A stretch of DNA of 58,087 nucleotides from Candidatus Omnitrophota bacterium (GTDB lineage: Bacteria; Omnitrophota; Gorgyraeia; Zapsychrales; Zapsychraceae), in NCBI GenBank assembly GCA_029261065.1, contig JAJDCB010000008.1, positions 1-58,087 on the forward strand, in the 5' to 3' direction. Both the position numbers and the translations under genes were made by a program. Position 1 is the first letter of the stretch. Each line of letters starts with the position of its first letter. Below are positions 10,403 through 20,834 of this stretch, piece by piece. Below the pieces are notes generated by a model. The model did no database searches and was not told the origin of the DNA. It was given only the letters and a program-made list of their open reading frames with translations.

Positions 10403-10476
10403 GGGTCCCCGCTTTCGCGGGGATGACAATATTATTTTTAATCGTAAAGATGTCATTCCCGCGCAAGCGGGAATCC
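10403..10476. repeat. REP/dRS3-like inverted doublet (REPIN-like), copy 2
   Basis: GGGTCCCCGCTTTCGCGGGGATGACA (10403-10428) and TGTCATTCCCGCGCAAGCGGGAATCC (10451-10476); both copies continue ATGACAATATTA. Confidence 0.85.
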
Positions 10477-10498
10477 GTGCCCATTAATCACTATCACC

Positions 10499-11353
10499 AT
10501 GAACACAACACAATCAACCATCAATCGCATCATCCAGAACGCCCTAAATGAAGATCGCGTGAATCACGATGTTACATCCCAATCGTTGATTCCAGCGTCT
10601 TCAGTATCCACAGCGTATATTGTCCTAAAAGAAGACGCCACGCTGTGCGGCATAGATGTGGCCAAAAAGGTTTTTACTTTGCTTAGCCCACGCATCAACT
10701 TTCGTAAATTGGCAAACGATGGCGATCAGATTAAAAAAGGAACACAGGTAGCTGCAATAAAAGGAAACAGCCGTAAGATATTAGCAGGAGAGAGGGTTGC
10801 TCTTAACTTTTTGGGGCATTTATCTGGCATTGCCACACAAACCAAAAAATATGTTCAAGCGACTAAACCTTATAAAGCCAAGATTCTCGATACCCGAAAA
10901 ACCACCCCCGGATTAAGAATTTTAGAAAAATATGCGGTACGTTGTGGAGGTGGCGTTAACCATCGTATGAGCTTAGAAGATATGGTTCTTATCAAAGATA
11001 ATCATAGAGAAGCTCTTTCTTCAAATGATGCGTTAAAAGATGCTATAAAAAAAATTCGAAAGAAGAAACGTATTTCTATTGAGATCGAAGTGGATAATCT
11101 GATACAATTTAAAGAAGCACTTAAAACTCAGCCTGAATATATTTTATGCGATAATATGAATACAACACAACTAAAGAAAGCGCGCACACTTGTTAAAAAC
11201 TTAAAAAAAAGGCCACTTTTAGAAGCATCAGGGGGCGTCACATTACAAAGAGTAAAGAATCTCGCACGAACAGGAGTTGACAGAATATCAGTAGGGGCTT
11301 TAACCCACTCTGTGCAAGCCATAAACTTTTCAATGGAGTTTGTTACATCATGA
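10499..11353 (+). CDS. nadC: Quinolinate phosphoribosyltransferase
   Basis: DTRKTTPGLR, HRMSLEDMVLIKDNH, EIEVDN, EASGG, ISVGALTH. Confidence 0.96.
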   Translation: MNTTQSTINRIIQNALNEDRVNHDVTSQSLIPASSVSTAYIVLKEDATLCGIDVAKKVFTLLSPRINFRKLANDGDQIKKGTQVAAIKGNSRKILAGERVALNFLGHLSGIATQTKKYVQATKPYKAKILDTRKTTPGLRILEKYAVRCGGGVNHRMSLEDMVLIKDNHREALSSNDALKDAIKKIRKKKRISIEIEVDNLIQFKEALKTQPEYILCDNMNTTQLKKARTLVKNLKKRPLLEASGGVTLQRVKNLARTGVDRISVGALTHSVQAINFSMEFVTS

Positions 11354-12057
11354 AAAAAATAATACACATAACGGCATGTCTTTTGTTTTTAATGACATTT
11401 TTTAACATAGTATCCGGTGAAGAAAAAAGTGATCATAAAAACAACCATAAAAATGGTTCAGCCTTTATCCAAGAAGTCACTCAAACGGAAGATCGCGTTC
11501 TTCTTGAAGAATATATTGAAAAATATAAAAACCTCTCTAAAGAAACTATCCTAGCTCTTATCGATGCGGATGACTTTACATCCTTCAAACGTTCAGCTGC
11601 GATCCATATTTTCCGAGAAAATTTTAGTCGTGAGGTGGTTTCAAAAGAGAAAAAAACTATCGAAAAAATATTACTCAGACGCCTTAAAAAATCAGATTCA
11701 GCATTTGTTCAAGTAGAAATCATTCACACCCTATGTTTAATTGATCGTTATAAATATTTTAACTGGGCAATCCCTGAATTAATTCAAAAACTTGATCACT
11801 ATAACATTACTGTTAATGAACTAGCCTATAAAAGTCTCACTCATTTAATTGATGATAAAAACAATAGAGCAAGGGAAGCAAGGATCGTTTTTAACCGATT
11901 AAGAAAAGTATTATTCTTATCCCGCAAACGTTTTGCCACTATTAACACACCAGATAAAAAACTAGCACAAAAGTTATCTTTGGTTCGCTGGTCTGTTAAA
12001 GTATTAGGGACTCAAGAATTAAAAAGGCTTCCTAAAGAAATGCTTCATCTAATATAA
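11350..12057 (+). CDS. Exported hypothetical protein, probably helical/HEAT-like
   Basis: Signal-peptide-like N-terminus; 4-bp overlap with nadC; amphipathic helical pattern; no family motif recognised. Confidence 0.6.
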   Translation: MKKIIHITACLLFLMTFFNIVSGEEKSDHKNNHKNGSAFIQEVTQTEDRVLLEEYIEKYKNLSKETILALIDADDFTSFKRSAAIHIFRENFSREVVSKEKKTIEKILLRRLKKSDSAFVQVEIIHTLCLIDRYKYFNWAIPELIQKLDHYNITVNELAYKSLTHLIDDKNNRAREARIVFNRLRKVLFLSRKRFATINTPDKKLAQKLSLVRWSVKVLGTQELKRLPKEMLHLI

Positions 12058-12077
12058 AGCTTTTCAAACACCTCTTT

Positions 12078-13931
12078 ATGACAATTAAACGTAACCATTG
12101 GATAATTTTAACTTTATTAGCATTAATAAGTATTGGCATTTGGTCCCAATATAGTTACCCTCAACTAGCAACCCTCAATCTATCCATAAATAAAAAAGAA
12201 GCCCTTGAGATCTCAGCTCAACACCTAAGAGATTTAAAGGTAGACCCTTCAAAATATCAAGTTGCCATTGTCTTTCGTAAAGATGGCTCTGCTGATCAAT
12301 ATCTCCAAAAAACGTTAGGATTTAAAAAATATTTATCATTTATCAAAAAAGAAGATATTGATATTTTCTATTGGTTCGTTCGTTATTTTAATGAAAAACA
12401 GCCCGAAGAATATCGTGTTCTTGTCAGTTCAGCTGACGGCGATGTCATGACTTATCGTCATGTTATTGAACACAAGGAAGCACGCGAAGAAAAAACTAAA
12501 GAAGAATCTCGGAAAATCGTTATAAAAAAATTATCCGATCAATTTGGATTTAATCCAGCATTATATACCCTAAAGTCGGATAACAAAGTCAAAAGAGATC
12601 ATCGCACAGACTATTCATTCGTCTGGCAAAAAAAAGATATCAACATTCCTTGGTCTGAAAAAAAAGATACGGGGACTGCAAAATTATTAATAAACGCATC
12701 TGTTTCCGGAGATGAAATCTTAAATTTTGGAAAAAATATTCTTAGTATTCCTAAAGATTTTTCTAGAGATATAGCCAAAAGGAAGAACCCCGGTAAAAAT
12801 ATTTTAACCATTGTCAAAATTCTAAGCACCCTTCTTTTTATCTCATCTATTTTCTTTGTGATTTCTCGCCGCAACCATCTCGCTATGCACACAACAAAGA
12901 GATTTTATTTAGGCATCATAGGCCTTTCATTTCTTCTTTCATTATTAGCTAGCCTAAATTTGTACCAAGAATTGCTCATCAAAATTAGTACAAACTCCTC
13001 TTTTATGGAATATCTTATTAATCATAATATCAACTTATTTATTGGCTCAATTTTTGTGACGGTTGCTGTCATCATGCCAGCATTATCTGGGGAGCTATTA
13101 CACTTTGAGACATCCAAACAAAAAAGGGAAGGTTCCTTTTTATATTATGTGCGAACAACCTTTTTTACAAAAAACGTCTCTCAATCAATTATGTTAGGTT
13201 ATCTTACAGCTATCATCATGTTAGGCATTCAATCGCTTACTATCGCTTTTGGAAAAAAATATCTAGGTGTTTGGGAAGAGCATAGCTTCTTAACTCAAAT
13301 GACATCAACCTATATCCCAGTCTTGGCAGCCTTTACAATCGGCTTTAAGGCAAGCATTAATGAAGAATTGATGTATCGATTATTCGCTATTAATCTAGGA
13401 AAGAAAATATTTAAAAACACAATATTAGCTGTCCTTATATCCTCCTTGATCTGGGGATTTGCTCACAGCAATTATCCTGTTTTTCCTGTCTGGTTTCGAG
13501 GGCTCGAGGTTACATTATTAGGCCTTTTTCTTGCAAGCGTTTATCTAAAATTTGGTATTATTCCGGTGATTATCGCCCATTATCTTTTTGACGTCTTTTG
13601 GAGTGTTGCTGATTTTTTACTTGGATCCACCAGTCCTTACTATGTAAACAGCGCATTATTCGTTCTTCTTCTGCCAGCAGGATTTGCATTAATAACCTTC
13701 GTGATTAATAAAAAGGGAGAGGAAAAACCCTTACAGTGGAAACTCAATAAACATCAAATTTATAACAAGAAAATTTTAACCGAATACTTAGAAAACCACA
13801 AAGAACTTTGGACCGATCAGCCAATAAAAGTAATAGCCAAAGAAATTGCCTCTCATGGTTGGGATATTGCGGTTGTGGAGATGGCTTTAGAACATATGAA
13901 GGAAAAGGGGCAAAATCAAAACAACACTTAA
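12078..13931 (+). CDS. CPBP (CAAX/Abi) family intramembrane metalloprotease with large N-terminal extracytoplasmic domain
   Basis: EExxxR (INEELMYR), FxxxH (GFAHS), HxxxD (AHYLFD); multiple hydrophobic segments. Confidence 0.85.
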   Translation: MTIKRNHWIILTLLALISIGIWSQYSYPQLATLNLSINKKEALEISAQHLRDLKVDPSKYQVAIVFRKDGSADQYLQKTLGFKKYLSFIKKEDIDIFYWFVRYFNEKQPEEYRVLVSSADGDVMTYRHVIEHKEAREEKTKEESRKIVIKKLSDQFGFNPALYTLKSDNKVKRDHRTDYSFVWQKKDINIPWSEKKDTGTAKLLINASVSGDEILNFGKNILSIPKDFSRDIAKRKNPGKNILTIVKILSTLLFISSIFFVISRRNHLAMHTTKRFYLGIIGLSFLLSLLASLNLYQELLIKISTNSSFMEYLINHNINLFIGSIFVTVAVIMPALSGELLHFETSKQKREGSFLYYVRTTFFTKNVSQSIMLGYLTAIIMLGIQSLTIAFGKKYLGVWEEHSFLTQMTSTYIPVLAAFTIGFKASINEELMYRLFAINLGKKIFKNTILAVLISSLIWGFAHSNYPVFPVWFRGLEVTLLGLFLASVYLKFGIIPVIIAHYLFDVFWSVADFLLGSTSPYYVNSALFVLLLPAGFALITFVINKKGEEKPLQWKLNKHQIYNKKILTEYLENHKELWTDQPIKVIAKEIASHGWDIAVVEMALEHMKEKGQNQNNT

Positions 13932-13970
13932 CCTATTATGTTTAAACAATTTACGAATATATAATATTAC

Positions 13971-13998
13971 TTGATATCTTATAAAATTTTGTTATACT
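13971..13998 (+). promoter_or_regulatory. Sigma-70-type promoter for the molybdoenzyme operon
   Basis: TTGATA-N16-TATACT with extended -10 TGn, ending 40 bp upstream of the ATG at 14038. Confidence 0.55.
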
Positions 13999-14037
13999 TA
14001 GGTTCAATCAAATATAGTAAAATTTAACTAGTTTCAA

Positions 14038-14880
14038 ATGCTACTTAATCCACTTACATTTCATACTCCTAAAACGATCTCTGAGCTCAATAAACTGCTT
14101 TTAGAGCTAGAAAACGTCAAACTTCAGGCAGGGGGGACGTTTCTTCTTAACGCCCTTAAGTTGCTTAAAAAGAAGGGCGCTAGGACACCGGATCATATTG
14201 TGAGTCTTCAAAAAATTGAAGAGCTTAAAGGTATCTCCGACAAAGGAGACCATCTCATCATTAAGTCCATGACAACCATTGATGATATCTTTCATTCACC
14301 GCTCTTAAAAGATCAATTACAAATCCTTAAAACAGTATGTCAAAATATTTCAACGCAACCCATTCGTAATATGGCTACCGTTGGTGGTAATTTAACATGC
14401 CGATACACATGGACTGAGATGCCGGCTGTTATGATTGGTCTTCAAGCAAAAATGCATTTCATAGATCAAGACGGCCAAACACACATCGTACCCCCTGAAA
14501 CCTTTTTCAAAAATAACGCTAAGACAGAACACATCTTAACTCACATTTCTATTCCCAAAAATACTGATCGCCGATTAAGTTATCGTCGCGTTAAAAAAAC
14601 ACCCTACGTTGATATTCCTTTGTTATCCATTCTGATTAATACGAACCTTAAAGACAATCAATTCTCCGATACCATTGTTGCAATTAATAATTGTGTAAGT
14701 TTCGCCCAACGGGATACAACACTTGAAGACTTTCTAAATGAACAGACTATTTCAGAAAAGGTGGGGCAAGAAGCGCTTGACCACCTGGATAATTCTATTT
14801 ATGATAAACGCAGCAACGAATACAAAAAATACATCTTTCGAGTATCTCTTCAAGAAGCCATTGAAGAATTATCATCATAA
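14038..14880 (+). CDS. Xanthine dehydrogenase family FAD-binding subunit (divergent)
   Basis: QAGGT, IRNMATVGGNL; adjacent to the 2Fe-2S and Mo subunits. Confidence 0.85.
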   Translation: MLLNPLTFHTPKTISELNKLLLELENVKLQAGGTFLLNALKLLKKKGARTPDHIVSLQKIEELKGISDKGDHLIIKSMTTIDDIFHSPLLKDQLQILKTVCQNISTQPIRNMATVGGNLTCRYTWTEMPAVMIGLQAKMHFIDQDGQTHIVPPETFFKNNAKTEHILTHISIPKNTDRRLSYRRVKKTPYVDIPLLSILINTNLKDNQFSDTIVAINNCVSFAQRDTTLEDFLNEQTISEKVGQEALDHLDNSIYDKRSNEYKKYIFRVSLQEAIEELSS

Positions 14881-14891
14881 AAGTTAGCCAC

Positions 14892-15368
14892 ATGAATAAA
14901 ATCACCTTAAAAATTAATAACAAAAATTACGAAGTCGAACTTAAAGGACAGGAAACGTTGCTTGAAGTCCTCCGTGATCAGTTGGGGTTAACGGGAACCA
15001 AAACAGCCTGTGAAGAATCGGAATGTGGCACCTGCGTTGTAACCGTTGACGGTAAAGCCGTTCTTTCTTGTATCACTATGGCGCAAGCGATGGAGGGAAA
15101 CAACATCACAACTATTGAAGGTTTAGCTGATGGCGACAATCTTCACCCCATTCAACAAGCTTTTATCGATACAGGCGCTGTTCAATGCGGATTTTGCATA
15201 CCAGGAATGATCATGGCATCAAAATCACTGCTAGATCATAATCCAAAACCAACACGAAAAGAAATAGAATACGCCCTCGACGGAAATTTATGTCGGTGTG
15301 CGGGTTATCTTAAAATCTTTGAGGCTGTCGAGGAGGCAGGCGAGAAGATGACATCGAAGAAACAATAA
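14892..15368 (+). CDS. Xanthine dehydrogenase family (2Fe-2S)x2 subunit
   Basis: CEESECGTC..C, QCGFCIPG, GNLCRCAGY. Confidence 0.95.
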   Translation: MNKITLKINNKNYEVELKGQETLLEVLRDQLGLTGTKTACEESECGTCVVTVDGKAVLSCITMAQAMEGNNITTIEGLADGDNLHPIQQAFIDTGAVQCGFCIPGMIMASKSLLDHNPKPTRKEIEYALDGNLCRCAGYLKIFEAVEEAGEKMTSKKQ

Positions 15369-15375
15369 TATTATT

Positions 15376-17700
15376 ATGAGCGTAACTGTTAAAAAAGAAT
15401 ATGTCAATCCGGTTGGAAAAAGCGTTCCCCGCATAGAAGGAAAAGCGGCTGTAACAGGGCAGCTGAAATATGCCTTTGATGTCAGCTTTCCAAATATGTT
15501 AATTGGAAAGATGATTCGCTCACCTCATCCTCATGCAAAAATTATAAGTATTGATACCTCAAAAGCAGAAGCCTTGCCAGGTGTCCGAGCCGTTATTACA
15601 GCCAAAGACACCCATCAAATCAAATTTGGATCCAACGAATATTTCTTTCCACATACGACAGACCAAATGGCCCTTGAAGCGGATAAGGTGCGTTATGTCG
15701 GAGATGAACTCGGAGCCGTTGCCGCTGTTGATGAAGAAACAGCCCTTGAAGCAATCAAACTGATTGATATCAAATACGAAATTCTTCCACATGTGGTTGA
15801 TGTGGAAGAAGCCATGAAACCTGGGGCTCCACAGATTCACGATTCTCTTAATAATATTGCCGTTATATTACCAGTAAATTTTGGAAACCCTGATCGCATG
15901 CTCAAGGATGCTGATTACGTTCGTGAAGATAGATTTTATGCACCAGCCGCCCATCAAGCTGCTATTGAACCCCATGTTTGCGTAGGCCAATGGGAGACAT
16001 TCTCCAACAAAATAACTCTTTGGGCATCAAGCCAAGCCCCTTTTAAATGTCGAGAAGCATTAGCGAAAACTTTAAAAATGGATCTCAATGATGTACGCGT
16101 TATAAAGATGGCTGTTGGAGGTGGTTTTGGAGGCAAACTAGAAATGCTCCCTATGGATTTTGCTTCATGTATGCTTTCAAAAAAAGCCGGTGGGTTACCT
16201 GTAAAAATATGTTATAGCAGAGAAGAGGAATTCCTCGCATCTCGTCGGAAACACGGCATTATCTACAAATTAAAATCTGGAGTTAATAAAGATGGCACTC
16301 TTGTTGGCATTACAGGAGAAGTCATTGCTGATGGTGGCGCTTATTGTAGTTATGGACCAACCGTTTTAGCCGCTGCAATAATGCGTATCTTTATGGTTTA
16401 CAAAATCGAACATTTTCGTATAACAGGATACCGTGTTTATACCAACACGCCTATTAGTGGGGCAATGAGAGGATTTGGTGGTGTTCAGGCAGGCTTTGCT
16501 ATTGAATCTCATATGGATATGTTGGCAGAAGGCATCGGAATGGATCCAGTTGAATTTCGTCTTAAAAACATTACCACACCCAACATGACAACAATCAATC
16601 AAATGAAACTGACAACAAATGGGTTAAAAGATTGTATTGAGCAAGCCTGTAAAGCCGCAGACTGGGAAAAAAAGCAAGGGCAACAAAAAGAAATTTGTAG
16701 AGGTATTGGTATTGGTATCGCCGCTGATGTTATGGGATCAAAGATGTATAAATCGCATGAGTCCGCTGGATCTCTTGTAAAGGTGGAGGAGGATGGTTCT
16801 GTTTATTTATTTACAGGAGCTGCCGACACGGGTCAAGGATCAAATACAGCCTTGTCTCAAATTGCCTGCCAAGAATTAGGTGTCAGCTACAGCCGCATTA
16901 AATGTACATCTGGGGACACTGAAATCACACCTTTTGATACTGGTAGTTTTGCTAGCCGCGTCACATTTATCTCCGGTAACGCAACAATATTAGCTGCCCG
17001 AGATGCCAAAATCCAAATGCTTGAAATTATCGCTCTAGATCTCAAACGAAACGTCGAAGACTTAGACATTGTGGCGGAAGAGGTCATTAACAAAAATGAC
17101 AAAAGTGTTATCATGAGTTTTGATGAAGCCGTCACTTTAAGTTACTCGTTTAAATATGGACGTCAAATTATTGGACGAGGAAGCTATAACCCTAAAACAA
17201 CTCCCATTGATTTTAGAACAGGGGAGGGGAATGTCTCAGGAAGTTACGGATTTGAGGCTCAAATTGCGGAAGTGGAAGTTAATAAAAAAACAGGTGACGT
17301 AACAATCTTAAGATTGTATGATGCTCATGACATAGGAAAAGCCATTAACCCTCAATCTGTTGAAGGACAAATTGAAGGATCTTTGGCCATGGGACTTGGT
17401 TATACGTTTATGGAGAATTTAACGTTCGATAAAAAGGGACGTCCAGGCAACGGAAACTTTGCTCATTATCGCATACCTCGATCGCTTGGAACACCACCCA
17501 TGACAAGCATCCTTATCGAAACCGATGATCCCGAAGGACCCTTTGGCGCTAAGGGAATGGGAGAGGCATCATTACTTCCAACATCTGCTGCCATTGCCAA
17601 TGCTATTTATGATGCTATTGGCGTACGCATAAAAGAACTGCCGATAACACCTGATAAAATTATTAACGCATTAAAAGAAAAAGAGTCTAACGAAAAATGA
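15376..17700 (+). CDS. Xanthine dehydrogenase family molybdopterin-binding subunit, substrate unknown
   Basis: RSPHPHAKI, GGGFGGK, GAMRGFG, FASRVT, catalytic Glu in GAKGMGEA. Confidence 0.93.
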   Translation: MSVTVKKEYVNPVGKSVPRIEGKAAVTGQLKYAFDVSFPNMLIGKMIRSPHPHAKIISIDTSKAEALPGVRAVITAKDTHQIKFGSNEYFFPHTTDQMALEADKVRYVGDELGAVAAVDEETALEAIKLIDIKYEILPHVVDVEEAMKPGAPQIHDSLNNIAVILPVNFGNPDRMLKDADYVREDRFYAPAAHQAAIEPHVCVGQWETFSNKITLWASSQAPFKCREALAKTLKMDLNDVRVIKMAVGGGFGGKLEMLPMDFASCMLSKKAGGLPVKICYSREEEFLASRRKHGIIYKLKSGVNKDGTLVGITGEVIADGGAYCSYGPTVLAAAIMRIFMVYKIEHFRITGYRVYTNTPISGAMRGFGGVQAGFAIESHMDMLAEGIGMDPVEFRLKNITTPNMTTINQMKLTTNGLKDCIEQACKAADWEKKQGQQKEICRGIGIGIAADVMGSKMYKSHESAGSLVKVEEDGSVYLFTGAADTGQGSNTALSQIACQELGVSYSRIKCTSGDTEITPFDTGSFASRVTFISGNATILAARDAKIQMLEIIALDLKRNVEDLDIVAEEVINKNDKSVIMSFDEAVTLSYSFKYGRQIIGRGSYNPKTTPIDFRTGEGNVSGSYGFEAQIAEVEVNKKTGDVTILRLYDAHDIGKAINPQSVEGQIEGSLAMGLGYTFMENLTFDKKGRPGNGNFAHYRIPRSLGTPPMTSILIETDDPEGPFGAKGMGEASLLPTSAAIANAIYDAIGVRIKELPITPDKIINALKEKESNEK

Positions 17701-18089
17701 AAAAGCAAACTCAAAATCTTAAATCGTTTTTGACATCGATGAGCATTGTACTACTCCTTTCAGGTTGTAGCATCTATCACATCAACTCAGAGGATATTTC
17801 CACAGATTTTTTCCCTTCAAAAAACTCAGCTAATGACGTTGCGTATCTAGAAGAAATTGATAATCCCTTTGAAATTATTGGTTATGTAACTATTAACACT
17901 GAACGTAATCAAAGAATAAATGAAGTTGTAGAAAAGATGAAACACGAAGCAGCCATTTTGGGGGGAGATGCCATAACAAACATTCAAACAGACGCGACAG
18001 GATCTTGGAAAAGACTGCCAGTACAAAATTTTGTTGGCAACGGTTATGTTCGCGCCAACTTTAAAGCATCTGTCATTGTATTTAAATAA
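17697..18089 (+). CDS. Hypothetical lipoprotein
   Basis: Lipobox LLLSGC; AILGGDAI segment reminiscent of the YbjQ-like fold; 4-bp overlap with the Mo subunit gene. Confidence 0.7.
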   Translation: MKKQTQNLKSFLTSMSIVLLLSGCSIYHINSEDISTDFFPSKNSANDVAYLEEIDNPFEIIGYVTINTERNQRINEVVEKMKHEAAILGGDAITNIQTDATGSWKRLPVQNFVGNGYVRANFKASVIVFK

Positions 18090-18096
18090 CCAACTC

Positions 18097-18693
18097 CTAA
18101 TCCTTCAAAGCAGCTTTAAGCTGCTCAAACTCCCACTTATCATTAAAACTTTGAACAACACCATTATCTTCAACAGCTAAAGTTTTAAGCTCATCGCCCA
18201 ATGATTGAAAGATCGAATTAATTCCTAATTGATTATCTAATTGCAAAATACGCTCTAAAACGTTTGTAGAAAAGAGGGGGGGGTGACCTTTGCGATCATT
18301 AAACGTAGGGATAAGAATGAGAGGATTAGTTTTGCTAAATTCTGTTAACAGTTGATTAATTGTTGTCCTTAAAATGAGAGGGTAATCGACTGGCCATAAA
18401 AAACACCCTTTGGAATCTCCGCTCATCGCTTGAATGCCTGTTTTAAAAGATGAGGTTTGTCCAAAATTATGATCTTTATTATAGACAATCTTAACCTTTG
18501 TATGGTTTAATAGATGAGATTTGATTTCTTGATCATGAACACCTGTAACAACAATGATTTCAAATATTTCTGAACTTAATAGGGTGTTTTTTATTCGTTG
18601 AATCACAGTCTGAGACTCGGTTATTTGAGCCAACGCTTTGGGCGCTTCAAAACGAGTACTTCGACCAGCAGATAGAATAATGGCTGAAAACAT
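18097..18693 (-). CDS. mocA: MocA/YgfJ-like nucleotidyltransferase (molybdenum cofactor cytidylyltransferase-like)
   Basis: ILSAGRSTRF, WPVDYP, GHPPLF; start moved from 18870 to Met60 (18693) because the motif begins there and the extension overlaps the opposite gene. Confidence 0.75.
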   Translation of the reverse strand: MFSAIILSAGRSTRFEAPKALAQITESQTVIQRIKNTLLSSEIFEIIVVTGVHDQEIKSHLLNHTKVKIVYNKDHNFGQTSSFKTGIQAMSGDSKGCFLWPVDYPLILRTTINQLLTEFSKTNPLILIPTFNDRKGHPPLFSTNVLERILQLDNQLGINSIFQSLGDELKTLAVEDNGVVQSFNDKWEFEQLKAALKD

Positions 18694-18739
18694 AGCCACA
18701 TTATAAAAGAAGCCTAAAAATAATACTAGTATTAAAATT

Positions 18740-20830
18740 ATGCAAGAACACCTCAATCCATTTAATGTTTTTATATTTCTCATTGTCCTTGTAGCCTTAG
18801 GCATCTTATTTGTCATTTTTGTCATTATTAAGGATAATAAAAACGTTGGCGGATTCTCTGTTGTCCCCATAGAACCCGAGCAAATTCAGCAAGAAAATTT
18901 ATATACTAACGACACAGACACCGTTACCCCCATAATCCAGGATAACCCTCCACCACCAACGCCAACACCACCTTTCCCTGAGCCACAAAAGAAAAAAGGA
19001 AAAGGAGGCTTATTCGGTTCTCTAAAAAATAAAATTCCCTTTGGCAAAAAAAAGGATATGATTGAAGCTATTGATATTCCTGAAGCCACCCAATTTCCCT
19101 CCCTAAAAGACCATTTGGAAAGCGAAGAAAAAAAGAGAGCAGCCTTACAAGAAAGAGTAAGGCTATCACAAAATGAAGCAAACTTAGATAATTCAAACAA
19201 CCCAATAGACCTTAATAAAGAAAACTTATCACAGCAAGAGAAACAAAACATTGATCAAGAAATTGAAACATCTTTTCAATTGGATGAATTAAAAGACAAT
19301 CATGAAAAGACAAACAAACTTCTCAAAGAAAAAAATGATGAACTTCAAACAGTTAAAAACTCTTTAGAAAGTGAATTAAAAAATAGAAAAGAATTCAATA
19401 AAGTAAAAGATATTCTAGAAAAAGAATTAAGCGATACAAAGACACAAGCTAAAAAAGTTCAAGGAGATTTAAGCGCCACAACCATAGAGGCTGAAACTCA
19501 TAAAAAAAGAGTTAACCAACTTGAAGATAAAGTCACAAAACTTGAAAAAAGCATGCTTGAGAAGGAAGATGAATTAGAGAAACTTAACAAAAAGCTATCA
19601 GCAACACCGCCTCCAGCTGAAACAAAACTAGAAACAAAGAAAGAGCATAGTGAAGATATAAAGGAAGACGAAAAACCTATTGAAACACCACCTGTTCAAG
19701 AAGAAGAGACCTCACAGGCAGAAAAACCGATAGAAGAACCGAAAACAGAAGCTCCCCTTGATAATAAGACCACTGCATCTGAACAACCAAATGAAACACC
19801 GGAAGCTCCTCTACAAAAAAACCCAAATCCTCCATCAGAGCCTGAAAAAGCTAAGGCAGAAGAACCTAAAATAGATGAAAAATCTGAAGAAAAATCAACA
19901 GAAGAAACACCTAACGCAAACCCTGAGACTCCAGCAGAAGAACCAAAACAAAATTTAGAAACCGAACAAAAGGAACCTCAAGAAGAACCTCAAAAAGTCG
20001 ATACGCCAAAGCCAACCGAGCCTGCCAATGAAGAAAAACCTTCTGAGGAACCCGCCCAAATCCCTGTAGAAGATAAGAATCCGGTAAACGAAAAAAATGA
20101 CACACCCAATAATGCTGCACAGAATCCTGAAAAAAACGAAGATGAAGCATCTGACAAATCTTCTGATAAAATTTCTGAAAATAAAACAGATGAAATAAAA
20201 GAAAAAACATTAGAAGCTCAACCTGACACTCAAAATACTCAGGAACCAGATAACTCCAAACCAGAGGCTACACCTGAAAATCCTTTGCGTGAAGAAAAAA
20301 TAGATATCAAATTACCAGAATCTGCAGATCAAATCGATGTTGATGAACAAACGATAAACAAAAATGACGCGCCTAAAAGCGATACACCCACTTATAAACC
20401 GAATACGACAGACACCAAAACGTCTCTGCATTTATCTGAGCCTGTATCTGTATCACCTCCCAAAATAGTGCCAAATGACGACCCGTCCGGAAATGCCATT
20501 GATCTAAGTGATGTGCATTCTGAGGCTGAAAAAGTCATACATCAAAAGATTGAAGAAGAAAAAAAGCTCCAAAATTCTGAATTGACAAATACCGAAAATC
20601 CGGTAGAATCTCAACAGAAAGAACAAACCGACGAGGGTGCAGAAGAAAAAAAAGTGGAAATAAAAGAATCACCAGAAGAAAATCAAGAAAAACCGTTTTT
20701 GAAACTTAAACCAGACATTATGGTCTCAAAAGATTCAAAGGATGAAGAACCTAAATCTGATGAACCTATGGCCGATAAACCAAAGTCTGAAGAAGAAGGA
20801 TCTAAGGAAGAAGAACCAAATAAGGAGTAA
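18740..20830 (+). CDS. Membrane-anchored coiled-coil protein with long acidic low-complexity tail
   Basis: One N-terminal hydrophobic segment, Pro-rich stretch, heptad-like region around aa 170-290, about 400 aa rich in E/K/P/D/N. Confidence 0.8.
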   Translation: MQEHLNPFNVFIFLIVLVALGILFVIFVIIKDNKNVGGFSVVPIEPEQIQQENLYTNDTDTVTPIIQDNPPPPTPTPPFPEPQKKKGKGGLFGSLKNKIPFGKKKDMIEAIDIPEATQFPSLKDHLESEEKKRAALQERVRLSQNEANLDNSNNPIDLNKENLSQQEKQNIDQEIETSFQLDELKDNHEKTNKLLKEKNDELQTVKNSLESELKNRKEFNKVKDILEKELSDTKTQAKKVQGDLSATTIEAETHKKRVNQLEDKVTKLEKSMLEKEDELEKLNKKLSATPPPAETKLETKKEHSEDIKEDEKPIETPPVQEEETSQAEKPIEEPKTEAPLDNKTTASEQPNETPEAPLQKNPNPPSEPEKAKAEEPKIDEKSEEKSTEETPNANPETPAEEPKQNLETEQKEPQEEPQKVDTPKPTEPANEEKPSEEPAQIPVEDKNPVNEKNDTPNNAAQNPEKNEDEASDKSSDKISENKTDEIKEKTLEAQPDTQNTQEPDNSKPEATPENPLREEKIDIKLPESADQIDVDEQTINKNDAPKSDTPTYKPNTTDTKTSLHLSEPVSVSPPKIVPNDDPSGNAIDLSDVHSEAEKVIHQKIEEEKKLQNSELTNTENPVESQQKEQTDEGAEEKKVEIKESPEENQEKPFLKLKPDIMVSKDSKDEEPKSDEPMADKPKSEEEGSKEEEPNKE

Positions 20831-20834
20831 ACAT

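Noticed and set aside
14038-14880. Genuine 4-hydroxybenzoyl-CoA reductase beta subunit
   Set aside because: It lacks the Cys-rich [4Fe-4S] insertion after GGNL.
15376-17700. Aerobic CO dehydrogenase (CoxL)
   Set aside because: The active-site loop is GAMRGFG, not AYxCSFR.
18694-18870. Long N-terminal extensions given by the ORF track (also 20742-20834, 33174-33245, 52978-53064)
   Set aside because: They overlap neighbouring genes; downstream ATGs fit family motifs and SD sequences better.
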